Assembly: GCA_965644295.1 (NCBI GenBank) | Contig: CBFFRP010000109.1 | Coordinates: forward strand, 1-64,000 | Origin: Paraphysomonas bandaiensis | Taxonomy: Eukaryota > Protista > Chrysophyceae | DNA: 64,000 nt | Direction of reading: 5' to 3' | Part shown: positions 13,330 to 25,860 of the stretch, piece after piece | How the letters are laid out: every line of letters begins with the position of its first letter | Numbering within the stretch: position 1 is the stretch's first letter | The notes under the pieces: model-generated | Told to the model about the DNA's origin: nothing | Seen by the model: the letters and a program-made list of their open reading frames with translations, nothing else | Database searches by the model: none | Position numbers and translations under genes: made by a program

Positions 13330-13872
13330 TCGTCATAATGCACCCGATTGTTGAGCGTCATCTGGGCTATTATTCGTAACGCTGCTTTCATAATGAAGAT
13401 TCAATGTGGCAACGAAGCCGTAACTCTGACGGCAAAGAATCAAACTATAATATTTTTGCTCGATGAGGAAGAAGAATTATGACGGTGCGACTCTAGTACC
13501 GAATGACGACGCAGCGCAACGTTTGATGGTAGCAGGCAGCGGAAGCGAGCAAGACTTAACCAGCAAACTCGTTACCGATGAAACACTTGCATACCACAAC
13601 CAATAATGTTGAAAGGTTGTTCAGTAGAGCTACAATTGTTATGACGGGCTTGCGCAAGAGATTGACTCCTCAACATTTAAGTGCTAATTATGTTTTTACG
13701 CATGATTCGTCACCTCTGGAATGAGGTAGCTATATTGGCAGCTAGTGTATTTTAGTACTACATAATTGCAGTTAATTGAAATAGTTGAAATTGAGACATC
13801 AAGTAATAATTGCAATTATAATTGACTTCAACCTGCGTCAATTAATTGACAATTAATTGATACGCAGCCCTG
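13330..13872 (+). mobile_element. hAT-like DNA transposon 3' remnant with right TIR
   Basis: Degenerate frame TNNVERLFSRATIVMTGLRKRLTP (hAT C-terminal dimerisation motif) at ~13600-13670; ends CAATTAATTGATACGCAGCCCTG at 13872. Confidence 0.8.
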
Positions 13873-13968
13873 CTATTCCTCCCGTATTGCACGAGCTTGG
13901 GATGCTCCTTTTTACTTGGCATTAGACTTAACACGTCGGAACCAAACTCGAATGATCGCATATGATTA

Positions 13969-14314
13969 TGTTAACATTGGACATTTCACTGAAGTTAACT
14001 TTGCTCTACACGTAAACCTTAACCTTGCTGTTGAACACAATGCACTTTCAAGTAAGAAATTATGATTATTATTCTGGACACTTCACTACATATTCGTGCA
14101 ACATATGTTGAAACATCTGTTCTTATAGCAACATCTGTTTATCATATGTTCATCAGTCAGTTCTATATCTTGTATAGTCACACATCAGTAACTGAATTTA
14201 ATTCCTTTGTAACTATAATCACCCGTTACACCTATGAGTTGACATTACCTATTGCACACTGTTAACTCACTTCAATTGCACAATATATATCACATCATAT
14301 TGCAGAACTCAACA
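13969..14314 (-). mobile_element. Solo LTR (346 bp) with 5-bp TSD GATTA
   Basis: TGTT...AACA ends; GATTA at 13964-13968 and 14315-14319; reverse complement of the LTR at 4495-4842. Confidence 0.93.
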
Positions 14315-14341
14315 GATTAGATAGAAGCAAGTAGCGGTCAA

Positions 14342-14812
14342 TCACGGAATATGTGGAGCCCCTTTTCCTGGACAAATCTCTATAGCAGCCTCTTCGTTGT
14401 TATTATCATTTACTTTCTCAATTAACACTCGTGCAATGACTTCTGGTGCCAGTTTGGCGCTCATATCGCTAATTAAGTTTAAAAAATTACTATGTGAGAT
14501 AATCCTATGGATATTATAGTCTTTCACCAATCTTCGATTTTTATCCTGATAATTGAATTTTTTTTCAATAAAAATGCCGTTTTTTTAAACTTTTTAGCAT
14601 AAAAAGTTGGGTTTTTTAACATCAATTAATTGAAAATCAATTAATTGGTACGCAGCCCTGGTAAAAATGCCGTTTTTTAACAACTTTTCAGCAAGAAAAG
14701 GTGGTATTTTTTGATCAATTAATTGAAGCTAGCTGGAGTCAATTATAATAATTTTGACTTGATTTCCCAATTTCAATTTCAATAATTGACAAGTGATTGA
14801 TACGCAGCCCTG
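14342..14812 (-). mobile_element. hAT-like transposon 5' remnant with two left-end TIRs (ending 14660 and 14812)
   Basis: ...TACGCAGCCCTG at 14660 and 14812; minus frame MSAKLAPEVIARVLIEKVNDNN is homologous to MSDKVAPEVIARLFFEKINDNN at 28077. Confidence 0.8.
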
Positions 14813-15065
14813 TTCACTACTATTCAAAAGCATTCCTCTCAAACAGCAAAACTCAACACAGTCTTCAATAATGTAAGTTTCAACATGAAGTTTCATCCCG
14901 GTGCCTACTACACTACGTATGATATATACTGTTATTACTCACACTTACCGTTCAATCACGAAAGACATATACATAATATCACGTTAAACTAATTCACATA
15001 TCGGCAGTTTATTGTAAATACGCATGCAACTCCACCTAATTCCTTCACACATGACTTCCATCGAA

Positions 15066-17091
15066 TTAATAGCTCCGTAAGGCAGCTTCATCGGCCATAA
15101 CGGCATTATATGTCGGTACCTGCAGCGTCCCCACAGGCGGAATTGGATCATAATGTCCAGGACCAGGATTTACATCTTTGGCTAGCTCGTGGAACCTGTC
15201 TGCCGATCCGCCCATCAAGGCCTTGGGGTTCTTGTGCTTCTTGACCAAAGGAACAGACACATTATAGTCACCGGGTCCGGGCATTTGAGACTCTTTACGG
15301 GGCAGACTCTGAGCGGTATGATCTTTCATTTTAAGAACTCCAGGAACTTTCCAAGATGGAGTGGTGTTATAGGTTCCAGGAGGTGGGGCATTCGTTATAT
15401 CTTTCTTTCCAGCAAATCTATTTTCGCTGCTCGCAAACATTCGGCTTGGCTTCACAGACTTGGGCTTAGTATGTTGGGCAACAATCTCTCCCTGCCCACC
15501 CGTTCTGTTGTCAGCATTTTGATAGGCGGAGAATGCGGCTTCAGCATCATCAGATGAAGCAGAAAGTACTTTCGTTTGGCTCTTAGGAGTATAAAATCTC
15601 TACGACTGTGTAAGCTGCTGCCATATCAAGTGCATTACAAGACACACCTTTACACTGGACCCAAAGGCGCCAGACCTGGGGTTCTGCCTAGCAATATGAT
15701 CTGCTATTGCCGTCTTAGGCACATATGTGCCTGGTGGTGGAGCTACATTTCCTGGCTCAGCAGTGAAGAACCGCTCTTCCGTGCTCTGAAAAGAAACATT
15801 CTGTGCCCATCCAGACCGCCCCAGCATTCGTTTTCTTCTAAGTATTTTGAGACGATTCCTCTCGAAGTCAGATGTTATGGGGTTGTAGGATCCTGGGTGA
15901 GTCTTGATTCGCTGCGAACGAGGCATCGGCTATAAACACTTGAGTTATATAAACTGCAATTAATGTACCCACGCACTTACATCTCTGAATCTGTCCACAG
16001 TGCTATCAAAGCACTGAATTTTGACATCTCTCTTTTTTACCTCCACCCCATTTCTGGGAACGTTGTACGTTTGTGGCCCAGGTTCATTGGGATCAATTTT
16101 CCTTCCAATGAGGGAGGAACGCTGAGTGGTTGATTCGAAGGAGGACATTTGACGTTTATTGACATTGCTAAGTTTCATATAGAAGTTTCCATTTGATGCG
16201 GAACCATCATCCATGGGTTCAAAGGAGGGACGGAAGTTATAGTGACCCGGTCCAGGATTTTCTGGCGCTTTCTCGCCCACCATACGAGGTGCACCCTGAC
16301 CAGTAAAAATGAAGTGAAGTAAAAGTACGAGTCGTTTTTAACCTTATGAAATAGCGACGACGCAGCACGAGGATGTCTGGAGTCAACCAATTTGGGGTCA
16401 TAGTCTCCAGGACCAACTCCGTCATTCTTTAAACCAGAAAACCCAGGCTTGAGGGGCTGCTGTGGATGAAGTAGGCCGTCTTCAGTCTCTTCATATCCAA
16501 AGCTCTGAAACTTCGTGGGGATTGAAGGAGCGGAAGGCTGAGCAGTCAACTGCAAACTCTCAAATTTGGTAGAAGGCTGGCTACGTGCACGTCTCATTGG
16601 TTTATTCACCTTTATCGCAGGTTGCAACACGTAAGTCCCTGGGACAAGATATCATTATCGTCATAGTGAATCTAAACAAATTAGTAAAACCTGGCCCAGG
16701 ACCAGCTGCGGGCTTATCAGGTACAAATCTCCTGGTTTTAGATTTAAATATTGACCCAACAGGCGCTCGAGATTTCTGAGATCGAAAACATAAAAACAAA
16801 AACAATTAAGTATCAAAGTGTTACTGTTATATCTTGAACGACATTGTATTCACCCGGGCTGGGAGTTGTCGCACTGGTGGGCAGAATCATCTCCCTCTCT
16901 ACAATAATACATTACAATACAGGCGCGACCGTCTATACACACATACTCGATGTGGTGCAGAAGGGCGCAAAGTTGGGTTTAAATTCATGGTGAGTTGTCT
17001 CTGGCTCATAGTACTCTCCAGCACTCTCATTAAAATTAGGCAACTGACGGGTAGACTTCGACAAGAAGCCGAGACGACTCTCACTTGTCAT
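15066..17091 (-). CDS. Sperm-tail PG-rich repeat (STPG/ODF3/SHIPPO-type) flagellar protein, multi-exon
   Basis: Many P-G-P-G-x-Y repeats (GPGDY, NPGPGHY, EPGPQTY, PPPGTY, MPGPGDY) preceded by F.S...RF motifs; probable start MTSESRLGF at 17091; short GT-AG introns. Confidence 0.88.
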
Positions 17092-17481
17092 TACGAGACA
17101 ATCCAGATATTAATACGAGCTTTCTATACGGCGTGCAGTAATAGTGCTCGTGTTTTAGACCTGTGACAGTATCTCTCAGAGATTGCATTACAACCCTGCG
17201 ACACTCAGTGGAAGAGTGCACTCCTCTCTGCCTACAGTACTGTATGTACAGAGTGTGTACCTGCATACAGGACAGCTAAAAAATAAAACCGTTTTGATGA
17301 AGACTGTACTCATCATGTATACAGGTATACAGTGCGTGTAAAGTTGGTGTCCCGTGTCCCATGTCTACATACATACATGTACACTATCTGTGAAGATCTC
17401 CACTCAACCATTACCGTATATATATATATATATAATCATCTCATTTAGTATATTTGGGAAGGAACTAGTGGGGAACTAGTT

Positions 17482-19080
17482 ATGGTCCGCCTTAGATCAC
17501 AGGGTAAGCGGTGCCCCGTGACCCCCGTTTACACCTTCCTCTTGCTCTGTGCTATGGCGTATATATGTTGGTCAGTGGTGATAGCAGTCACTCACAGTCA
17601 CATGAGTGATAATGACCTGTATACTCTACGCCTTAATAGTTTTGATACAAATAGAGTGGCAATCCTTCTGCAACTGAGTCCTGTAGATCCTCAAACTCAA
17701 CGTAGCAGGTTAGAAACTATCGATAGAGGCTGGGCAGCATGGCGCAATAAGGTGTCGCATTGTGGTGATATTGACATATTTGCTCCTGATACGAAGAAAG
17801 ATAGATCCGTGTTTGCTAACATAATGAGCTTTACAACGAACGGCACGAATCCTTTTCAACGATTGCTGGATTCCTTTGTTCATATCGTAACTTCTAATCA
17901 TTACGACTGGATGGTATTTGGCAACGATCATTCATTTATAGTTCCTCCGAACTTACTAAAGTTTCTACGAAATTTGAATGAAGATGAATTGATATATACT
18001 GGAAATAAACTGGGAATTACATATCAAAATAAATTCATCCGCTTCTCATCGGGCGGTGCTGGTGCGGTGCTCTCTCGCCCTGCCGTATTGGCTGTCCTTG
18101 CAACATGGTCTATCTTACACCCAACTTCTATTCGAAGGGCCATACAACGAGGCGATGGTTGCAACGTATTGCAGTCGTTGCCAGCTTGCAATGATAGCGT
18201 CGTCGATATCCGTCCCCAGAGCTCAGTACCCGTGGCAGATTCTCTAGGATGTATCGCATATCTGTCTCAGCAGCAAAAAATTAGCGGGATTCACATGAAG
18301 GTAGCTCAATCTGGTAAGTCTGACAAGAGCGTCGTCATGGTAATATAGGTACAATTGCGGCTCTCGGAGATGGTCACTGCTTATATTGATGGTTTTGGGC
18401 AGTCGAATTTTCTCGTCGTTTCGACGCAGTCTGTAGCAGGGGATAATGACTGGAGACGTATTGTTCACAAAAAAACAATCGATTCATTTTGCACAAGTGG
18501 GTCTACATGGGCTCTTGAGAATCCTGGTAATACTTGTAGTGCTATATGCTTAAAGTTTGTGAAATATACGTAGGGATTATTCTCGCGTCGTGCTTACAAG
18601 AGGTGTGGAATATAAACTTTACTGATGCACTTGCTGGTTCGGTGGAGGGGTACAAGCCAGAAGTAGAGAAAGAACTCTTCAATGTTTACGGTCCTGTCAG
18701 GCTGGTTAGTTTTGCGCACTGTACAGTAGCCTCTTTATACTCACTGTTGATGTCAGTTGACTGGAAGTATTGACGAGTGGTATAAGAATATGAAGAAGCG
18801 TGTTCGTGAAAAAGAAACAGGTGTTATTAGCTCCAGAGTTTGGAGACCTTATCTTATCCCTGAAAGTGTGATATCTTTTCATTACATCTCAGAAGCAGAG
18901 TCTATTTTATTGTATCATATTCTCACTAATTTCAGGAAAATCTCCACTCCTGTTGAGTTAATGGATCTGTGGCCATCTAGGAGCCAAGTTGGTCCTTACT
19001 CTCGCCACTTAAAATCAATAGAGGAGAGCAATACTCTATTCAATGTACTGACCTGCATTGCTGCGAATTGCTGGTGCTGA
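17482..19080 (+). CDS. GT31 (core-1 beta-1,3-galactosyltransferase/Fringe-like) type II membrane protein, multi-exon
   Basis: N-terminal TM anchor; YDWMVFGNDHSFIVPPNLLKFL, IYTG, SGGAGAVLSR and C-terminal ISFHYIS. Confidence 0.8.
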
Positions 19081-19754
19081 ACACTCTAATGATAACATAC
19101 GCATATAATGGATAACAGTGATAGTTGAACGATAGTACCTAAAAGAAGGAAGTGTCAAGCTTATTATACTAAAATCTCTTTGTAATGTTTGTAAGCACAT
19201 TTCAATCACATAAACAGGTTTGTGTGACATTGCTGATGATGTCAAATTAGTGAAATTGTATTATTCAACCTTGTCAAAATGGTTTAAATACCTCATTACT
19301 ATAATATTTGGGGTAGTGAAACACACAGACAGGCGGAAGGGACGGACGGGCGCTTGTGCCGCTTAGACATTGTAATAACCAGCCGTCTGTTCTTAAATGT
19401 AGATGTTCTTATTATATATATATATATTAATGTTTAAGGCTGGAGAAGTTTACTGGAGAATTCCGGGTTTGATATCCACGCTGATAGACATGTATTGCCA
19501 GATTATCCAGTAATACAGTTGTACTTATGTATTTATTTCATTAGGTACTTATTGTTTATTGAACTGTACTTGGAAGTACGTATACAAGGCTTCAACTACA
19601 ATGAGAATACTGAATGTATCTTTCCTTATGAATTTAGCTCTGAGAAGGGTCAGAGCAATGATTATTGAAGAACAACAGTCGATATCGAGTGCTGATGAGC
19701 AGCGCGTCAGAGATATTGGACTCGTTACTGTATTAGATGATGCGTACACCAATA

Positions 19755-21550
19755 TTAAAAGTCTTATTATTTAGCAATAGGCGTTAAAAACCTGCACCAA
19801 AATAGTGGCTAGTTGAATGCTAGACATACTAGTTAGACCGCTACCCATAACTAATCAGCACAAATTCTATTATCCTACTATTTAACGCTATCCAATACAA
19901 TGTATATTGAATGTCTGATTATTTAGCAATAGGCGTTGAAAGCCTGCACCAATTAGTGGCTAGAAGAATGCTAGTCATACTAGTTAGACTACTACCCGTA
20001 ACTAATCAATACAAACTCTTTTATCCTACTATTTAACGCTACAGAAGCTGCTTGTGCGTCGCCGCAAGCACCAAGGTGCAACCACTTCCGTTCTTAGTGT
20101 GTGTTATGAGGCTCGCCATGATCGTGTGTCCTGGGACTCACCGGCGCGTGTGATCTGGAGGTCTCCTCTTGGGATGAGACTCCACTCGCTATATGATAGA
20201 TAGCCTTATGTACCTCACGGGGACTGACTTATTAGCCTTATGGCAGTTAGGGGAAACAGTAATATGCCCTTCTGAGATTGGCGATCTGGTGGCCTTCCTT
20301 TAGGCATTGTTCCAAGTGGCTCGGAGGTATGTGGATGAAGGTCTTGCAAAAGGTTATGGCCTACTGTGAAGAAGCGTCGAAATTGGCTCTTTTGCTGTCT
20401 TAGCCAGCGGTAGAGAACACATGCAAGTGGGTGTATAGCTGTACAGGGGTGGGATGTGAGGGTCATCCGGTGTGTCCAGCTACAGGGAGTCGAGAGGGAG
20501 TGTGATGGTGCAAGAGAGGCAACATCTGATTGAGGAGAGTGAGACTGCGCAACAGAACAAGAGTCACTGAGGTCGAGTACTCTGATAGACCTATGCACGA
20601 GATGATCGTGATGATGATGATGGTCTGGAGGAGACACTCGGACGTCCTCAGCTGCCCTAGTTAGTGTCTGTGTCAGTGCAGGGGGGTACAGACTGAGGCA
20701 TAGAGAGTGTGTGTAAGGAAGATGACGGCAAGGTATCAGAGACGAAGGGAGAGACGATAGTTTGTCTGGGGGTTTTCTAGGAGGAGGTAGAGTGTACTGT
20801 GTGTGTGTATGACACTGCAGTGGTGTTATGAGTGTGTTGGACAGTGAGAGAGAGCTGGTGATGTGTCCAACAGTACAGGTAGACAGGTACATGGACATGG
20901 TGATGTGTCCAACAGTACAGGTATACAGGTACATGTACATGGTGATGTGTCCAACAGCAGTAGAGGTATACACGGAATGGTATACATCCTGTAGGACACA
21001 GTAGTACAGTAGTCGAGTATACCGTATGCGGAATACAGTGTCTATCCAATGAGATGGATGGGCTGTGGGGGTGATAGGTGAACAGGGTGAGGGGGTAGTC
21101 TGCTTGGTGCATAGACCACAGACAAACCATGTTGGGTTGGGTTGAGTGGGCGGCAGAAGGCAGCCCTGTTGCACAGTTGAGAGGGATCGAGAGTATTCAG
21201 TGATTGCATAGGGGGTCCATGGGTCGTTTTCGTGAGCCTGCTCGCACGAGCCATGTTCTGAGAGGTTGTAGCCGTAGAAAGCGATGGGTGAGACGAAGTT
21301 GTCTGCTGAGGGGATAGCACATAGGTGCGGTCAGCGCTGCATTGGTGCAGGCACGTGGTTTAACTGAAGTAGTTGAGTAGGGTGAAGGTTGCAAGGCCAG
21401 GCAGGGGGGCTTGGAGCGTGTACAACATGGTGTGACAGGTAATTTGTCGGAAGCGTGGTGGTCAACAAAATGCAGCAGTAAGGGAGTGCAAAAGGCCCTG
21501 GGCACACTGATGTGACTCAGCCACGGTCTCAATAGAGACATTGGGCTTGG
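19755..21550 (-). mobile_element. 3' portion of a putative non-LTR retrotransposon with a tandemly duplicated ~150-bp terminal module
   Basis: CA-rich, low-complexity minus-strand frames; terminal module present twice (~19755-19890 and ~19905-20041) and again at ~22630-22770, ~57770-57955 and ~61757-61790. Confidence 0.55.
20857..20960. repeat. 42-bp tandem repeat, ~2.5 copies
   Basis: GGTGATGTGTCCAACAG recurs at 20857, 20899 and 20941. Confidence 0.85.
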
Positions 21551-21574
21551 AGCTGGTTAATAGGGTGAAACTTT

Positions 21575-22500
21575 ATGTTGGACTGTATTTGCCATCGTAG
21601 GGCAGAGAATAGAACACAAGATCAAAGCAACTGGACCTACACTGACCACGGCATTTATATAGCTGACGCCGCCGCCAGCGGCGATTGGAAGACACTAGAC
21701 AAAGTGCTCGGAGCCTCCAACTACAGTGTTGTCACAACTGACGCTACGCACATACTGGAAGAATTCTTCACCACGGGTCAATGGCACTGGCGTAGATACG
21801 ATACACACCTCCTCACAGACCTCGGTCCTATGCTAGGAGACATTACTGATCTCCACCACCAGTGGGACCTCCATCACTACACCCTCCGACGAGATAGCAT
21901 GTATGCTGCACAAACGCAACGAGACCCGCAGTATTGGACACGCAGCGGAACAAAGCTCCCACACAAGCTCCATCCCCTCCGTACCCATCACTCCTCCAAA
22001 CACTACATCCCCCTCGCAGAGCGTATACGCGAGACGGCATACGTATGGGACAAATCCTTTGCAATGGGTAGAAACCGAGCCAAAGGAAAATCCGGACATG
22101 ATCGCACAACGGCTTCCACATGCGCAGACTGTGCACACCCCACAGACAACATGGCGCACATGCTTCTCAACTGCACTCACCCTGACATCATTCACATACG
22201 TGAAGATGTCCACCAAGCACACCACAATAAGCTTGACAAACTTCGCACAACCACGCTCCCCCATCCCTAGTTTTACACCGCCATAACCAAACTAGCCAAA
22301 GCGACATCCACCCCACGAACTACACTCTCTGCAAGAGTCCAGACCCGACAGAGGCAAGCGCAACCACTCCGGAAACAACTTTTCCTTACTTGTGGAACCC
22401 ACCTCAACAACCAGCACCATCTCCACCACCGACTTGCACTCTCATATACATCTCGCCTCACCCACCCTCCACATTATCCATGGCACAGGCCCGCCAGACA
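21575..22500 (+). mobile_element. Non-LTR retrotransposon ORF2 fragment (RNase H end plus CCHC zinc knuckle)
   Basis: DHGIYIADAAA resembles the RNase H G(N)xxADxxA motif; CADC-x7-H-x4-C (CADCAHPTDNMAHMLLNC) knuckle; frame broken after 22270. Confidence 0.7.
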
Positions 22501-22629
22501 CATTGCCCAAAGGTAGACCCCCCGACTAACCTCACTACAAGGGACGGTTGCACCATGGTGCTCGCAGCGTTTCACAAGCAGTCCCCAGATGGTTGCCCGC
22601 CACTAGTAGTATATAGCAAATCTAGTTAT

Positions 22630-23390
22630 AAGCTAGTCTATGGACATAAACTAGTTTCTGTACGCAACCGTACTCATGTAATAATCAGACTTTCATATAC
22701 TATTTAACGCTATAGAAGCTGCCCACTTAGTGTTGTTTGTGAGTTTCGCCCTGCTTGTGTGTCTTAGGACTCACTGGCGCTCATTTTCCAGTGGTGATTC
22801 CACCAGGCTCGGAAGTACAGGGTTCTGCATTAAGGTCCTGAGTGTACCGAGCACTAGATGTGTGTGCTGAGAGGTGGATGGTGTGGTGGAATGTGGCGAT
22901 GTCTCCGTGCACCGTCTGGGCATCAGGCATATGTGGAGTTGCCGCAGACGGCGTCGCCGCTGTCTAGGGCCTGATGGTTTTATGCGGTCCGGTGCTATTT
23001 TCCTGTGTGTATGAGTGGTGGGGTTCGTGTGTGAAGTGGGTAGTGTTCCAGTCTCGGTTCGTCTGTGGATTCCTAGTAATCGTAGCATCCTTGGGCGTTT
23101 CCTTATCTGTCTATGTTTTGGACGCCTCAGGGGTCCTTTCTGCAGGGTAACATATCGTCTACTTTGGTCTTGGATCATTAGCTTTGCTGCAGCGAAAAGC
23201 TGTAGAAGTAATCTGATGACCGCTGATTCCATGCTGCGCAGTCCTTGGGGTGTCAGTGTCTCATGGATGTGATCTCCAAATACCGTCTCGAGTTGTGCAG
23301 TTGTGATGGTACCCGTCCAGAACTTGGTGGTGATGTGTTTGTAGAGTGTGTTTTTTGTAACACGAGGTGCATAAGTACGCAATGATGCAG
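22630..23390 (-). mobile_element. 3' end of a related non-LTR element (ORF 23382-22771 plus 3' module)
   Basis: ORF with FWTG motif ends CGCCAGTGA-GTCC, as does the copy near 20135; followed by the TACTATTTAACGCTA-containing module. Confidence 0.55.
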
Positions 23391-24514
23391 TTATAGGTAC
23401 ATGCAGGGACTATCACTATACAGCTGCTGTATTATGTATTACTGCTGAACGCTGATTGGCCAGTCACTGCATTTGCCTGTTGTGTTGGTTTAAGGCTCTT
23501 CCTATAGGCCTCTACGTGAATCTTCCAGAAGGTGGATATCTCCACAAAATTGGCGAAATGTTGCTAAATTTTCTGCAGAATATTGTTCTTTGTTCTCTGC
23601 TGTGTTTCTAGATAGTTCATAGAATGTAAATGGTTTTGTATGAGTCATTATTATGTTACTAGCCTAGCTTTTACACGTTTGAGGAGGTGTCTTCAGATAA
23701 GTGCTTGAGGGTGCTCAGGCAGTTGCAGGGCATAGTAATAAGCATATTCATCTCTACATTTGCTATTTTCTTGTCATATTTGCATATTCATTTCATATAC
23801 ATAGCTGCACCCGGTGTGATACCCCGGGTTAGGTTAAACTAATATACATACCACGAGAAATCTGAATCAAAGTGTAAACTAGCTCCCAATCACCTGCTAA
23901 GAAGCAGAAGCATTGTGCACTTCAGATGTCTTCACCGCCAATCTGAGTTCAGTTAGCTTCCAAGGTAATGATAACATTTGTTCGTCCAAGCCATCTTACA
24001 CCGATTTTGCACCGAGATAACTTCTGGGGTACGATACTGATACAGAGGTGTATATATAGGAAATAATTTACCAAAAATATAATTTCTATTACTTGCATGC
24101 ATTAATAATACTAATATGAACGCTGCCCCCCATTGATGGATATTGAAGATGTTAACAATCACAATACTTGAATCCTTGAATTATCGGGAGAACTTCACAG
24201 GATGCACACTGAGCATGCATTCTGCAAAATAACGACTCAATCAGTATTTCATCCTCGTGTAAGAGCCCTCTTCCACTTCACTGTCTCTTCTGATGGCAAT
24301 AACCACACACATGAATCAGTTGTCCCAAGCGGTTAAAAGTCATCGTACTGGTCTTGCACAGCATGAAGGTTGCGGTACAGTTAAGTCATGTCAGTCCATT
24401 AACGGCTCCATCAATCGTCCTTTGTTTTAATCTGCAGGTGGGGTCATAATTTCATCCCACAATAGACTGTCTGTGTGTCTATTTATGGTCACATGACCCT
24501 CATATCTAACACAC

Positions 24515-24608
24515 TCCTGCCAGTATATCAGCAACCGTATATACAAAATACATACTCTAATACTACGTAATTTACACAATTTTACATAGTTTCGACCGTT
24601 TAGAAAAA
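24515..24608. repeat. ~95-bp dispersed repeat, copy 1 (copy 2 at ~33745-33836)
   Basis: Both copies share AAAATACATACTCTAATA...TAGTTTCGACCGTTTAGAAAA. Confidence 0.8.
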
Positions 24609-25860
24609 TCATTGATAGAAATGGTTGGAAGTAATAAATCATTTTCGATGGCATATTCTAAAGAAGAAAATGCTATAGCTGAACGTGCTAATAAAGAAAT
24701 TTTAAGGCACTTAAGGAATATTATATTTGATAAAAATGTACTAAATAATTGGTCAATGTATCTACCTTTAGTACAAAGAATTATGAAGCACCGGCGTTAC
24801 TCCCGCTAGTATTCTATTTGGGAATGCAGTAGTTTTAGATAAAAGTTTATTCATTGAACACAATGAGAACTTGGACGAAAACGAACAAAAGCTATCACAT
24901 TGGATAGATAGAATACAAAAGGTTCAGTCCACTATTATGGATATTGCAAGACGAAATTTTCGAAAACATGATGAAATCCACATGGCAACTGCACCAAATA
25001 TACAAACAAAAGAATTTCCAATAAATTCTTATGTGTTAGTTGAGCATAGACAAAATGCTTTACGTCCTTGACCGGCAAGTAAGTTTTTACCATATCTTAA
25101 AGGTCCAATGCGAGTAGTCAATGTTATTGGAGATAAATATACTCTTCAAGATATTGTTACTAAACGTAATAAAGAGTATCATATAAAGAAATTAAGGGAA
25201 TTTAATTACGATCCCTCTACTATTGACCCCTTACAAGTGGCATGTAAAGATGGTGGAAACTTTTATGCTATTGACCATATTTCAAAAATAAAAGGTCGAG
25301 CTAAAGGTCCCAAAAGTCAAATAAAATTTCTAGTACATTGGATAGGGTATGAAAAACCTACATGGGAACCATGGGCTAACGTTAGAAAAACGTATGCTCC
25401 ACAAAATTTTCTAACTCAACATCCTGATGAAAATGTAAGAAATTTACTACCTCGAAATGTAGTTTATTCTTCTGATGAAGTAGATTAATAACAAAGTTTA
25501 CAGAATTGAGTGTCAATATAACACATTAACACATCAATTATAAGGGGAGGTAGTGAAGGACTATCCACTTACATATAGAATATATACGTGTACATGTCCT
25601 GTATTATATGATTAGTAGTACAGTACTGTATTGTATACGTGTACCATGTAGTTAGGAATACAAACTGTAGGGAATGCGATTGTTGGGATTAGAAATAGCC
25701 GTTGATATTGTAGACGTATTATTAGTCGTTGATATTGTAGACAGTATTATTCATGATTCATTATACCATAATAATCATTATTTTGTACTTCTGTACTTTT
25801 GGGTATTGCTTTGCACACATACACATATGTATGCAAGCCCACAATATTGGTTTGCGTTCA
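24609..25860 (+). mobile_element. Ty3/gypsy chromovirus 3' remnant: integrase end, GPF/Y region, chromodomain, PPT and probable LTR (~25554-25860)
   Basis: YSKEENAIAERANKEILRHLR, WSMYLPLVQRI, YLKGPMRV, FLVHWIGYEKPTWEP; frameshifts and a stop; PPT AAGGGGAGG at 25542-25550; TGAA...TTCA ends. Confidence 0.9.

Noticed and set aside
22560-22620. Helitron 3' end (…GCCCGCCACTAGT)
   Set aside because: CTAG is present but a convincing subterminal hairpin is not.
23450-24500. Coding-like relics here and at 28700-29340, 36372-36715 and 60660-61450
   Set aside because: No recognisable family or consistent frame; needs tblastx.
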